DNA of 64,000 nucleotides from Longimicrobiales bacterium (GTDB lineage Bacteria; Gemmatimonadota; Gemmatimonadetes; Longimicrobiales; Gaopeijiaceae): NCBI GenBank assembly GCA_035477395.1, contig DATIKQ010000033.1, positions 5,862 to 69,861 of the forward strand, read 5' to 3'. Shown piece by piece: positions 46,221 to 54,350 of this stretch (position 1 is its first letter; each line of letters starts with the position of its first letter). The notes under the pieces were generated by a model. It saw only the letters and a program-made list of their open reading frames with translations, ran no database searches and was not told where the DNA came from. The position numbers and the translations under genes were made by a program.

Positions 46221-47639
46221 CTAGAAAGCGCCCTGTGAAAGGCGGCTCAGCCCATGTCTCTGCCAATGGGAGGCGCCGGGGCGCGGACTCGGCCGCAACT
46301 CATCAAGGTCCGGCCGGCTCTCTTGGCTCCGTGATACACGCATTATGTCAGCGTACTCCGAGATGATGCCTGATTCGAGAAGCGCACGTACCACCCGAGG
46401 AGCGAACTGGCTTCCTGTGTGTTCTCGCAACTGCTGGAGGACATCCGGGACCGAGAGAGCCGAGCGGTAGGGACGGTCTGACAGCATTGCGTCGACCGCA
46501 TCGCATACGGCGACGATCCGCGCACCGATTGGGATTTGATCTCCTCTCAGGCCGTCCGGATAGCCGGCGCCATCTTCGCGCTCATGGTGATGCTTGACCG
46601 TAAGCAGGATATCATCGGGGACTGATGCCAAGTTCCGGAGGAGCTCTTCACCTTTTGTGACGTGTGATCGAATCACCACACGTTCTTCAGGAGTCAGCGA
46701 GGCCGGCTTCGCGAGTATCTCAGAGTACAGGGACTCGATCTTGCCGATGTCGTGCAATAGAGCAGCTTGGCCTATCCGCTCCGCTGTGGCTCTCGGGAGG
46801 TCGAGCGCTTCAGCAATACGCTTGGCCAAGAAGGACACTCTGAGTGAGTGGCCGGACGTATAGGGATCTCTTGTCTCGATCGCCTTCACCAGCGCCTTTA
46901 GCAAGTCCGCATTCGCCTCGCGGAGGCGGCTCGTGGTCCAGTAGGAGTGACGCACGAAGAGGAGGGGCAAGAGGACTACGAGGATCCCCATGACTCCAGC
47001 CTGGACATATAGAAACGCTACGGCAATGGCGATCGGGCTAATGAGCACATCGTTGAGCGTCGCCCCCGAGTGCCCCAGCATCTGCGCCCAGACTTCGCTG
47101 AATCGCAGGCCCTGGCTGAGCGTGATTGCGAGAGACACCGCCGCGTGGTTGAGTGCTAGGAACACCAGCCCAAATGAAACGAAGGCCGCCAGCTGCTGGA
47201 TCAGCAGTAGGCCTCGCCCCAGTGTGCCTGCGGTGTCAACCGCGGTTCCACCCACGACGCCGAAAGCCCACCCCGCTATGAAGGTGGCGAAGATTAGCTG
47301 AGAGGAGTTGAAGACGCCGCGAATGAGTTCATTGCGGCGTATCGCGAACTCAACGAGGATCCCCGTCACACCCATGAGCAGGACAGCTGCTTCGGGTCCA
47401 AACAGCTGCACGCTAGCCAGCAGCGGTATGAAGGTAATGGAACTGTTCCCGGCGCTCTTCCCAACTGTTAGCCGGATCGCCAAAGACTCAGAGAGTATGC
47501 TCATGATCGCCAGTGCGATCAGGCCCCTGAGTGCGGCCGGTGAGAGTCCCTGCACTGCAGCCCAGTCCGTCGCTGCTACCGCCAATGCGGCAGCAGCGCA
47601 CATCGCTGTGACATAAGCCCTCACTGCGGGACGAGCCAT
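46221..47639 (-). CDS. Membrane-sensor HD-GYP phosphodiesterase (c-di-GMP hydrolase family)
   Basis: About 230 aa of polytopic N-terminus. HD-GYP core LLHDIGKI...HHHEREDGAGYPDGL...AVCDAVDAM. Visibly lower GC than its surroundings. Confidence 0.85.
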   Translation of the reverse strand: MARPAVRAYVTAMCAAAALAVAATDWAAVQGLSPAALRGLIALAIMSILSESLAIRLTVGKSAGNSSITFIPLLASVQLFGPEAAVLLMGVTGILVEFAIRRNELIRGVFNSSQLIFATFIAGWAFGVVGGTAVDTAGTLGRGLLLIQQLAAFVSFGLVFLALNHAAVSLAITLSQGLRFSEVWAQMLGHSGATLNDVLISPIAIAVAFLYVQAGVMGILVVLLPLLFVRHSYWTTSRLREANADLLKALVKAIETRDPYTSGHSLRVSFLAKRIAEALDLPRATAERIGQAALLHDIGKIESLYSEILAKPASLTPEERVVIRSHVTKGEELLRNLASVPDDILLTVKHHHEREDGAGYPDGLRGDQIPIGARIVAVCDAVDAMLSDRPYRSALSVPDVLQQLREHTGSQFAPRVVRALLESGIISEYADIMRVSRSQESRPDLDELRPSPRPGASHWQRHGLSRLSQGAF

Positions 47640-47670
47640 CTCAGTAGGTGAGAGCCCCCCTCGGCTGCCG

Positions 47671-47742
47671 CTACCAGGTCACTACGCCGTTCCCGATCAG
47701 GGACAGTAGCGTTCCGATAAAGTCGAACAGAGAGCTGAACAT
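47671..47742 (-). CDS. Unannotated 23-codon micro-ORF (MFSSLFDFIGTLLSLIGNGVVTW)
   Basis: ATG lies 7 nt after AAGGAGGTGA, the strongest SD match I found in the window. The peptide is hydrophobic. Its TAG stop is 31 nt upstream of the HD-GYP ATG. It is too short for the supplied ORF track. Confidence 0.45.
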   Translation of the reverse strand: MFSSLFDFIGTLLSLIGNGVVTW

Positions 47743-47901
47743 GCGCTCACCTCCTTTAGATAGCGTCGGCTTCCGGGGTGATTCCGCTTTGGAAACCGCG
47801 AGCGCTCCGCTCTACCGCTCAGCTTCGCTCAGGCTGGCAGACCGAGGGGGTTCTCCTTTCTCCGCTGTGGGTGGACTGCGGGGCCCGAGGGCCCGGGTTC
47901 T

Positions 47902-48633
47902 TCAGACACGACCGCGGACCCAGCGGTCCGTGGCCTGTAGTGTTGCCAGGATGGCTGCACGATCCGTGGATACTTCAGCGACGGCCGCCCCGGCCAGGGG
48001 GGTCACTTCCCGGCCGCTGAGTGCATTCACGGCCACGAGCACGAACGTCCGGTCGAAGGCATCCACCACCTTCACGCCGTCCAGAGCAAGCGTCACGGGC
48101 GGGCTCGAGCCGCCCTCCAGCTCGTTCAGAAGCGCCTGCTCAACGGCGCTGAGCGTGGCGTGCCCCACGGCTTCGAGGCGCGGCCTCGGCAGGTCGGCGG
48201 CGCTGGCCGTGCCCACGTACCGCGCGCCCTTCCACTCGATCTCCACCTTGTGCTTGACCTGGTGCGACCGCTCCGTCTCCACCTGGTGTGCGTAGAAGAG
48301 GAGCCTGTGCTGGCCCGCGGGGGCCTCGGGCAACAGGCGGACCGCTGGCTCCGGCTCAGCCGCCGGGCGCTCCTTGGTCTGGGCCACGGAGATCTTCCTG
48401 TGATCCACGGCAAGGCCGAGGTGCGCCAGGAGTGCGGATTCGACGTTGCGCACGGTCTGCTTCGCCGAGACCTCGTCCGTGGTCAGGAGGTGGACCTCTT
48501 CCACCTCACCTCCCGGACGGGTGACGAGCCGAGCCGAGACGACGCCCTTCAGCGACAGCATAAGCTGCTCGGCGTCCTCGATGCTCCAGCCGGCCCGACT
48601 CTCCTTCGGCGCGCTCATCTTCCTCCCGGTCAC
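47902..48633 (-). CDS. Hypothetical two-domain protein (243 aa), first gene of the HD-GYP unit
   Basis: Non-shadow composition. N-terminal domain LKGVVSARLVTRPGGEVEEVHLL...VESALLAHLGLAVDHRKISV. The C-terminal half has two G.A....A...ATL.A units, reminiscent of ACT/LeuA-allosteric-like folds. The start is GTG 48633 or ATG 48618. Confidence 0.55.
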   Translation of the reverse strand: MTGRKMSAPKESRAGWSIEDAEQLMLSLKGVVSARLVTRPGGEVEEVHLLTTDEVSAKQTVRNVESALLAHLGLAVDHRKISVAQTKERPAAEPEPAVRLLPEAPAGQHRLLFYAHQVETERSHQVKHKVEIEWKGARYVGTASAADLPRPRLEAVGHATLSAVEQALLNELEGGSSPPVTLALDGVKVVDAFDRTFVLVAVNALSGREVTPLAGAAVAEVSTDRAAILATLQATDRWVRGRV

Positions 48634-48731
48634 CTCGGGTGGGGGACCACACTTACCCGTGCCAGCGCCTCGGGGGCGCCGCGGACCGCCAGATGGGAGG
48701 GTGGCGATTCCATATGTTTATGGTATAGCGG

Positions 48732-48763
48732 AGTATATGACGCCACACCCGGTCCTGTGTCAA
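48732..48763 (-). promoter_or_regulatory. Candidate sigma70-type promoter for the 243-aa/micro-ORF/HD-GYP unit
   Basis: Minus strand has TTGACA (48763-48758), then CATATA after 18 nt or TATACT after 20 nt. It lies inside the most AT-rich intergenic patch of the window (48700-48850). Confidence 0.35.
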
Positions 48764-48849
48764 GAGCCAGTAAAGACAACCCTTCTCGGCCGGGGACGTC
48801 CACTGGACTCCGTACCGATTTGATAGGAGAGTTGTAAAAAACCCTCCTG

Positions 48850-50445
48850 TCACCGATACACGTTCCGCCCATCCAGGCCCCCCGGGGCTCGAACACCGGC
48901 CAGCCGCGCCAGGGTCGGGGCCAGGTCCACCGAGTACACGGCCGTCCCGGAGCTCCCGTGCCGGACCCCGGCGCCCACCAGCAGGAAGGGCACGTATCGG
49001 TCGTACCAGTAGGTCGAGCCGTGCGTGGTTCCCTTGAGCCTCGTCACGAGGGTGTGGTACCCGAACCGGACCTCCACGCCCAGGCGGGACAGTTCCCCGG
49101 CCGCGCGCCCCGGGTAGTAGGAATTCCGGAAGAACGTTGCGAACGAGTCGGGCAGCTCGCCTCGGGTGAGCTGGCGGTGGGTATAGGCCTTGGCGACCAA
49201 CTCCCGCTCTTCAACCAGGCGGGCCAGCCTTTCTGCGACCTCATCTTCCGTGCCTCCGGCGGCGACCGCCGTGTCGGCAGCGCTCCTCAGGGCGGTCGTC
49301 ACCTCGCTTGGATTCAGCCGCCGGGCCTCGGGGTCCTCCCCCGACTCCACCAGGTGCTCGGGCATGGTCATGACGCCGTGGTCGGCGGTCAGGCCGGCCA
49401 CCCAACGTCCTTCACCCACCTGCCGATCGAGGAACGCGAACAGTTCCCCGAGCTGCCGGTCGAGGTGCATCAGGTTCTCGAGCTGCTCCTGGCTGTAGGG
49501 CCCGAACGCATGGCCCACGTAGTCCGTGGACGAGAACGAGAGCCCCAGGTAGTCCACGTGCCCCCGTTGGCCAAGCTGCATCTCCCTCACGGCCTCCTGG
49601 GCCAGCAGCTGCACGGCCCGATCCGCTCGGGGCTGGGCACTCAACGCCCAGGCATTCCGGGCCGCCTCGCCGGTCCCCGCTTCCTCCCAGCCGAGGTGGG
49701 GGAACGTGGTGTGGATGCCGTCGTTCTCGTATGCGGCGGAGTCCGCGCGGGCGAGGCGCCGGCCGGCCTCGGGGACCACCTGTGCCCACACGGAGTCGGC
49801 CACGATCCCGGGCATGCGCGTCTCGTTGAACCGCGTGACCCACTCGGGATACTCCGACCGATAGTAGGTGGAGGTGACGAACCGGGCCGTCGCTGGCGAC
49901 ATCCAATACGTCTCCGCCCTCGTCAGCCCGGCGAGGGTGATGGCAGCGCGGTCCTTGCCCGAGATGGCGGCGGCCCTGGCCTGGGGATCGGAGGCGAGGA
50001 CCCAGTCGGCCAGGCCGGTGTGGAGCATGTTCTTCGGCGAGCGCCCCGCCATGGCCGGGAAGCCGACGATGGGCGAAAGGCTGTCCGCCAGTGCGTACGT
50101 GGGTGTCCACGAATCGCCTGCCCTCTCGTCCCAGTCGTTGGCGACGATCCCCGACCGGGATGGGAACACACCCGTCGAGATGGTGGCGTGCCCGGCCGCG
50201 GTCTCGGTGTGGGCGTGGGCGTGAGACGCCACCGTGAACCGGAACCCTTGATCCAGAAAGCGGCGGAAGCCACCGGTGTAGAGCTCCGCGTAGCGGTCCA
50301 CGAGGTCGCCCCGCATCTGGTCCACGGCGATGAGGACCACGAGCTGGGGGCGGGGCTGATCCGTCGGGAGCACCTGCGCGGCACAGGAACCGGCGGCAAG
50401 AGACACGCTCAAACCAAGGGCAGCCCCCGTCATCACCAGATTCAT
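48850..50445 (-). CDS. Alkaline-phosphatase-superfamily enzyme (type I phosphodiesterase/nucleotide pyrophosphatase, PafA-like)
   Basis: Signal MNLVMTGAALGLSVSLAAGSCAAQ. VLIAVDQMRGD, HAHTETAAGH and GLTADHGVM metal/nucleophile blocks. Confidence 0.75.
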   Translation of the reverse strand: MNLVMTGAALGLSVSLAAGSCAAQVLPTDQPRPQLVVLIAVDQMRGDLVDRYAELYTGGFRRFLDQGFRFTVASHAHAHTETAAGHATISTGVFPSRSGIVANDWDERAGDSWTPTYALADSLSPIVGFPAMAGRSPKNMLHTGLADWVLASDPQARAAAISGKDRAAITLAGLTRAETYWMSPATARFVTSTYYRSEYPEWVTRFNETRMPGIVADSVWAQVVPEAGRRLARADSAAYENDGIHTTFPHLGWEEAGTGEAARNAWALSAQPRADRAVQLLAQEAVREMQLGQRGHVDYLGLSFSSTDYVGHAFGPYSQEQLENLMHLDRQLGELFAFLDRQVGEGRWVAGLTADHGVMTMPEHLVESGEDPEARRLNPSEVTTALRSAADTAVAAGGTEDEVAERLARLVEERELVAKAYTHRQLTRGELPDSFATFFRNSYYPGRAAGELSRLGVEVRFGYHTLVTRLKGTTHGSTYWYDRYVPFLLVGAGVRHGSSGTAVYSVDLAPTLARLAGVRAPGGLDGRNVYR

Positions 50446-50608
50446 GGTTCGCTCTCGTTGCTCTGGATGGTGGCCAACCGGGGCACGGGCCGACCCGCGG
50501 CTCCCGACGCCGCGTTTCGCTGGACAATCGCGAACCGGCCCGGCTAAACTAGCCCATCGCGCCGGGGTGCCACCACCTCGACGACCTCCGGACAAAGCGG
50601 AGCTCGAC

Positions 50609-51289
50609 ATGTCCCCACGGGCCAACAGTTTCGCCTTCCTGGCGCTGCTCCTCACGCTGGCGCCCTCCCCGGCCACCGCTCAGGACAACGACCCCTACAT
50701 CCTGCGGCCTGGCGACAAGATCACGCTGGAGGTATTCACCTCCGCGGGCGAGAAGGTGGATGTCGTCGCCGGAGAGCGGATCCTAGATCGGAACGGGGAC
50801 GTGTATCTGCCCTATGTCGGGACGGTCCGTGCGTCTGGGTTGGACCAGAACTCGCTGCGCGAGGTATTGGTCGCCGGGTATGGGAGCTTCTACGCCGAGC
50901 CGGTGGTGAACGTGAGGGTGTCACTTCGGGTCAACGTGACCGGGGCTATTCCCCGCCCGGGGCAATATTACATGGATCCCACCGCCACCCTCCTCGACGC
51001 ACTCGCGGCGGCCGGTGGCGCCAACATCGAGTTCGCGACCGTCGGAAGCATGATTCCCGGCGACGCGAAGAACGTGCAGCTGGTGCGGGAAGGGGTGCGT
51101 CAGGTCATCAACTTCCACCCTGCCGAGATCACCGACGAGACACTCCACATCAGGATCCGGTCGGGTGACTGGCTCCACGTTCCCGCCGAGAACAAGACCG
51201 CCGTGCGCGACCAGGTTCTCTTCTGGGGTGGCCTGGTCTCGCTGGCCTCTTCCACCATCAGTCTCGTCATCCTCATAACCCGCCCGTAG
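50609..51289 (+). CDS. Polysaccharide export protein (Wza-like: Poly_export + SLBB)
   Basis: Signal [32 protein letters not shown]...[16 protein letters not shown]...[15 protein letters not shown]...[11 protein letters not shown]. Confidence 0.8.
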   Translation: MSPRANSFAFLALLLTLAPSPATAQDNDPYILRPGDKITLEVFTSAGEKVDVVAGERILDRNGDVYLPYVGTVRASGLDQNSLREVLVAGYGSFYAEPVVNVRVSLRVNVTGAIPRPGQYYMDPTATLLDALAAAGGANIEFATVGSMIPGDAKNVQLVREGVRQVINFHPAEITDETLHIRIRSGDWLHVPAENKTAVRDQVLFWGGLVSLASSTISLVILITRP

Positions 51290-51296
51290 ACCTCCT

Positions 51297-51917
51297 GTGT
51301 ACCACGGGGCTCAGGACGGTTGGGTGGAGGTCGTGTCGGGCGTGATGTTCAGCGGTAAGTCCGAGGAGCTCCTGCGCCGGGTGCGGAGGGCCATGATCGC
51401 CCGAAAGCGGGTCCAGCTGTTCAAGTCCCAACTGGACGACCGCTACGGCGGAGTGTTCCGCATCAGCTCCCACGACGGCTCGCAGCTCGAGGCGCACCCC
51501 GTCTCCGCCTCGGTGCAGGTCGCGGAGCAGGTGCGGTCCGACACGCAGGTGGTGGCCATCGACGAGGCGCAATTCCTCGACGAGGGCGTGGTCCGGGTGG
51601 TGAACGATCTGGCCGACCGCGGGATCCGGGTCATCGTCGCCGGCACGGACATGGACTTCCGGGGCGAGCCCTTCGGGCCCATTCCCCAGCTCATGGCCAT
51701 CGCCGAGCGCGTGGACAAGCTCCACGCCATCTGTGTGGTGTGCGGCGATCTCGCCACCCGCAACCAGCGGCTCATCGACGGCCACCCGGCGCCGGCGGAA
51801 GGCCCCACCATCCAGGTGGGGGGCGCCGAGACCTACGAGGCGCGTTGTCGCAGGTGCCACCAGGTGCCGCAGACCACCCGGCACCAGACCGAGCTCGAGA
51901 TCGAGCCGCAGCGCTAG
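51297..51917 (+). CDS. tdk: Thymidine kinase
   Basis: [15 protein letters not shown]-loop, DEAQF, and C-terminal zinc ribbon CVVCG...CRRCH. Confidence 0.9.
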   Translation: MYHGAQDGWVEVVSGVMFSGKSEELLRRVRRAMIARKRVQLFKSQLDDRYGGVFRISSHDGSQLEAHPVSASVQVAEQVRSDTQVVAIDEAQFLDEGVVRVVNDLADRGIRVIVAGTDMDFRGEPFGPIPQLMAIAERVDKLHAICVVCGDLATRNQRLIDGHPAPAEGPTIQVGGAETYEARCRRCHQVPQTTRHQTELEIEPQR

Positions 51918-52002
51918 CCCCGCGGAACCCGGCTCAACGGGACATCCCCCGGCCCACGTCCAGCGCCTAGGCTTGGGCAGGTTCTCTCCCACCCAGGCGT
52001 CC

Positions 52003-52593
52003 ATGTTCCCACTTCTGCCGGGGCTGCTCCCGGCTCCCGCATTCCTCTTCGATGAGCGGGGAAGGCCCGACTTCCGCGATGTGTTCGGGGCCCTCGCCCG
52101 CAACGCCCCGGAGATCAGCACCGCGGTCACACGCGTCCGCCTCACGACCGTGGACCTCCAGCCGGACGAGGTGCCTCGACTCAGGCATTTCCGCGTGCTG
52201 CTCTGCGAGCTGAGCGCCCTGCGCCTCGAAGGCGAGGCCCACGCCCTGCTCCACCTCCGGCGCAGGACCCCCAACCTACGTCTGCTCCTCGGCCTCCTGG
52301 AGGAGGGCCGCCTGGAGGTACGCTCCGCGCCTCTCGGCGGATGGTCTCCGGACTTCACCGTCTTCTTCGGCCCGTCGGGCCCGGCGGCGGTCCTCTCGGG
52401 GTTCCACGCCTTCGAGCGCCCCTATCCGCACCGGGGGCCGGCCCTCGCGGCGCTTCACGGACCCGAAGCAGCATCCCTGGCGGCGCGGCGGCACCAGGAG
52501 CTCTGGTCGGAGGCTCACGACGTCGGTCCTACGCTGTGGACGCTCCTCTCCCGCGTTCAGAGGATCTGGGGGCCTTCGGCGCAGGCCGGTTGA
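52003..52593 (+). CDS. Hypothetical protein (196 aa)
   Basis: ATG 52003 is in frame in the 51733-52593 ORF, after tdk. I recognised no motif, and coding status rests on length and position only. Confidence 0.35.
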   Translation: MFPLLPGLLPAPAFLFDERGRPDFRDVFGALARNAPEISTAVTRVRLTTVDLQPDEVPRLRHFRVLLCELSALRLEGEAHALLHLRRRTPNLRLLLGLLEEGRLEVRSAPLGGWSPDFTVFFGPSGPAAVLSGFHAFERPYPHRGPALAALHGPEAASLAARRHQELWSEAHDVGPTLWTLLSRVQRIWGPSAQAG

Positions 52594-52654
52594 CACGCTT
52601 TGGTGCCAGTCCTTTATTTTCGGGTCTCGGCCTACTCCCGTGGAGCCGAGCCTT

Positions 52655-52728
52655 TCCGGGGTAGCTCAGTCGGTTAGAGCATCTGACTGTTAATCAGAGG
52701 GTCGTGGGTTCGAGTCCCACCCCCGGAG
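52655..52728 (+). tRNA. tRNA-Asn (anticodon GTT at 52689-52691)
   Basis: Acceptor tccgggg/ccccgga, D arm tagctcagtcggttagagca, anticodon stem-loop tctga-ctGTTaa-tcaga, and T arm gtgggttcgagtcccac. CCA is not encoded. Confidence 0.95.
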
Positions 52729-52742
52729 TCCGCACGCACGAG

Positions 52743-52771
52743 AGGCCCGCCCGCAGTCGCGGCGCGGGCCT
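52743..52771. terminator. Hairpin after tRNA-Asn / convergent with the Memo-AMMECR1 gene
   Basis: aggcccgc / 13-nt loop / gcgggcct, followed by tctcgcatt. Confidence 0.5.
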
Positions 52772-52855
52772 TCTCGCATTCGGGCTCGTCGGCGAGCGAG
52801 TCGGACTGGGTGCCGCCGACTCGACGGCGTCCAGACGGGCGGCGAGCGGTCTCCT

Positions 52856-54346
52856 TCAGCGCACGGATTCGGTCGAGAAGGAGAAGAGCAGGGTCCCGGG
52901 CCGGCGCCATGCGTCTCGGCCCAACCCCGCCTTGACCCCCACCTGCTCCAGGAAGGTCTCCCGGTCCCAGCCCTGCTCGACCGCCACCACCGGGAGCAGC
53001 ACGCCGCGCCGATCGCCCTGAACGAGCATCAATCCATCCCGGCCGATGACCAGGCTTCCGGGATCGTCGAGCGGAGTGAGCGGCGACAGCAGGCTGATTT
53101 CGTAGTCGAGGCGCGGGAGCTCGTCGGCCGAGAGGCGCGCGAAGCGTGTGTCCCGCGACGCCGCCACCGCCGACTCGCGAACCTGCCGGGCCACGGGCTG
53201 GGTGGCGAAGATCGCCCCCACGCAGCCGCGCAGCTCGCCACCCGAGCGCAGGGTGACGAAGGCCGCCTGCTTCCGCATCAGGGCCGGAGAGAGCTCCGGG
53301 ATGGGAGGCAGGACCTCCCGCCGCACGGTGGCTGCCACGCTCCCGCGTGCGATCTCCACGAGCGACGCCTTGTCCCTCTCGGTGAGCGCATCGGATCCGC
53401 CCGGGCCGTCCGAGACCGTCACCGCGGTATAGCCGACCACGTTGGACATATCGCCCGTCACCCTTCCCGAAGTGTCGTAGGCAAGCACCTGAGTCCGGCC
53501 GGCGCCGAGGCGTCGGGCAGCCTCCAGCACGGCGACCACACCCCCCACCCCGCAGGCTTCCAATTCGCCCGTGAAGCTGCGATACCCGAGCAGGAACGGG
53601 TCGTTCGACCGGATCAGGTCGAGCAGCTCCCCGTCCAGCCGGGCAGCGGTGGAGTCGTCGTGGAAATGCGAGAGATCGGAGCTGGCCAGCAGCAGCACGT
53701 TCCGTCCCGCCAGAACCGTCGCCAGGGTGCGGGCCAGGTGGTAGCTCAGGTCGAGCGACTGCCGGCCCACCATGAGGGGCACCACAGGCACGCCCGGCAG
53801 CACGGTCTGCAGGAAGGGGAGCTGGACCTCCAGGCTGTGCTCGGCGCCATAGCCCTCGGTGGCGAAGCGAATGCTGTCGTCGGCGGCGACGAGGCGTTCG
53901 GCCAGCGCCCGCTCGATGGGGATCTCCCCCAGCGGGGTGCTCAGACGGCTGCCGGGCCAGATGCTCACCCCGGCGAAGGATTCCTGGTGGCTGACGGCGA
54001 TGAGCACCACCGCGTCGTACTCCCGGCCCTGGACCGCCCGGTAGAAACGGGCAGCCACCAGACCGGAGTAGTCGAGCCCGGCGTGCGGAACGATCCCCGC
54101 ACGCACCGGCTGAGCCGGAGCAACGCCGTCGGCGGAGGCCGCCGCCAGGAGATCCTCGACCTCCTTCTTCAGGGCTTCCGGATCCTCCGGATAGAAGTAC
54201 CCAGCCACCGCCGGGGGCCGCACCCCCACCGTCTGCGCCAGTGCGGCCGCGCCCGGGAGCACGGGCCCGGAGAGCAGCAGGAGAAGCGCACGCAGCAGGT
54301 GGCGGTCCCTGCTGAGGCGTCGTCGCACGATCCCCGAGGTCGTCAC
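52856..54346 (-). CDS. Fusion protein: MEMO1-family (AmmeMemoRadiSam system protein B) + AMMECR1 (protein A), with N-terminal signal-like leader
   Basis: VAGYFYPED and GIVPHAGLDYSG (Memo motifs). C-terminal ELRGCVGAIF (AMMECR1 LRGC.G). Leader RRRLSRDRHLLRALLLLLSGPVLPGAAALAQ. Confidence 0.8.
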   Translation of the reverse strand: MTTSGIVRRRLSRDRHLLRALLLLLSGPVLPGAAALAQTVGVRPPAVAGYFYPEDPEALKKEVEDLLAAASADGVAPAQPVRAGIVPHAGLDYSGLVAARFYRAVQGREYDAVVLIAVSHQESFAGVSIWPGSRLSTPLGEIPIERALAERLVAADDSIRFATEGYGAEHSLEVQLPFLQTVLPGVPVVPLMVGRQSLDLSYHLARTLATVLAGRNVLLLASSDLSHFHDDSTAARLDGELLDLIRSNDPFLLGYRSFTGELEACGVGGVVAVLEAARRLGAGRTQVLAYDTSGRVTGDMSNVVGYTAVTVSDGPGGSDALTERDKASLVEIARGSVAATVRREVLPPIPELSPALMRKQAAFVTLRSGGELRGCVGAIFATQPVARQVRESAVAASRDTRFARLSADELPRLDYEISLLSPLTPLDDPGSLVIGRDGLMLVQGDRRGVLLPVVAVEQGWDRETFLEQVGVKAGLGRDAWRRPGTLLFSFSTESVR

Positions 54347-54350
54347 CTCG

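Noticed and set aside
47815-47840. Short direct repeat CTGAGCG x2 and palindrome GAGCGCTC in the spacer between the 243-aa gene and the micro-ORF.
   Set aside because: They are too short to distinguish from chance. I could not fold a convincing hairpin or known RNA motif by eye.
48958-50547. 529-aa plus-strand ORF and 371-aa minus-strand ORF overlapping the alkaline-phosphatase-family gene.
   Set aside because: The chosen frame has a signal peptide and conserved metal and nucleophile blocks. The others lack any motif.
52594-52855. tRNA-Asn as an attachment site of an integrated element.
   Set aside because: There is no integrase, excisionase or phage/ICE gene on either side. I could not find a direct repeat of the tRNA 3' end nearby. 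The low-GC block (45.4-47.9 kb) is about 5 kb away and is separated by normal-GC housekeeping genes.
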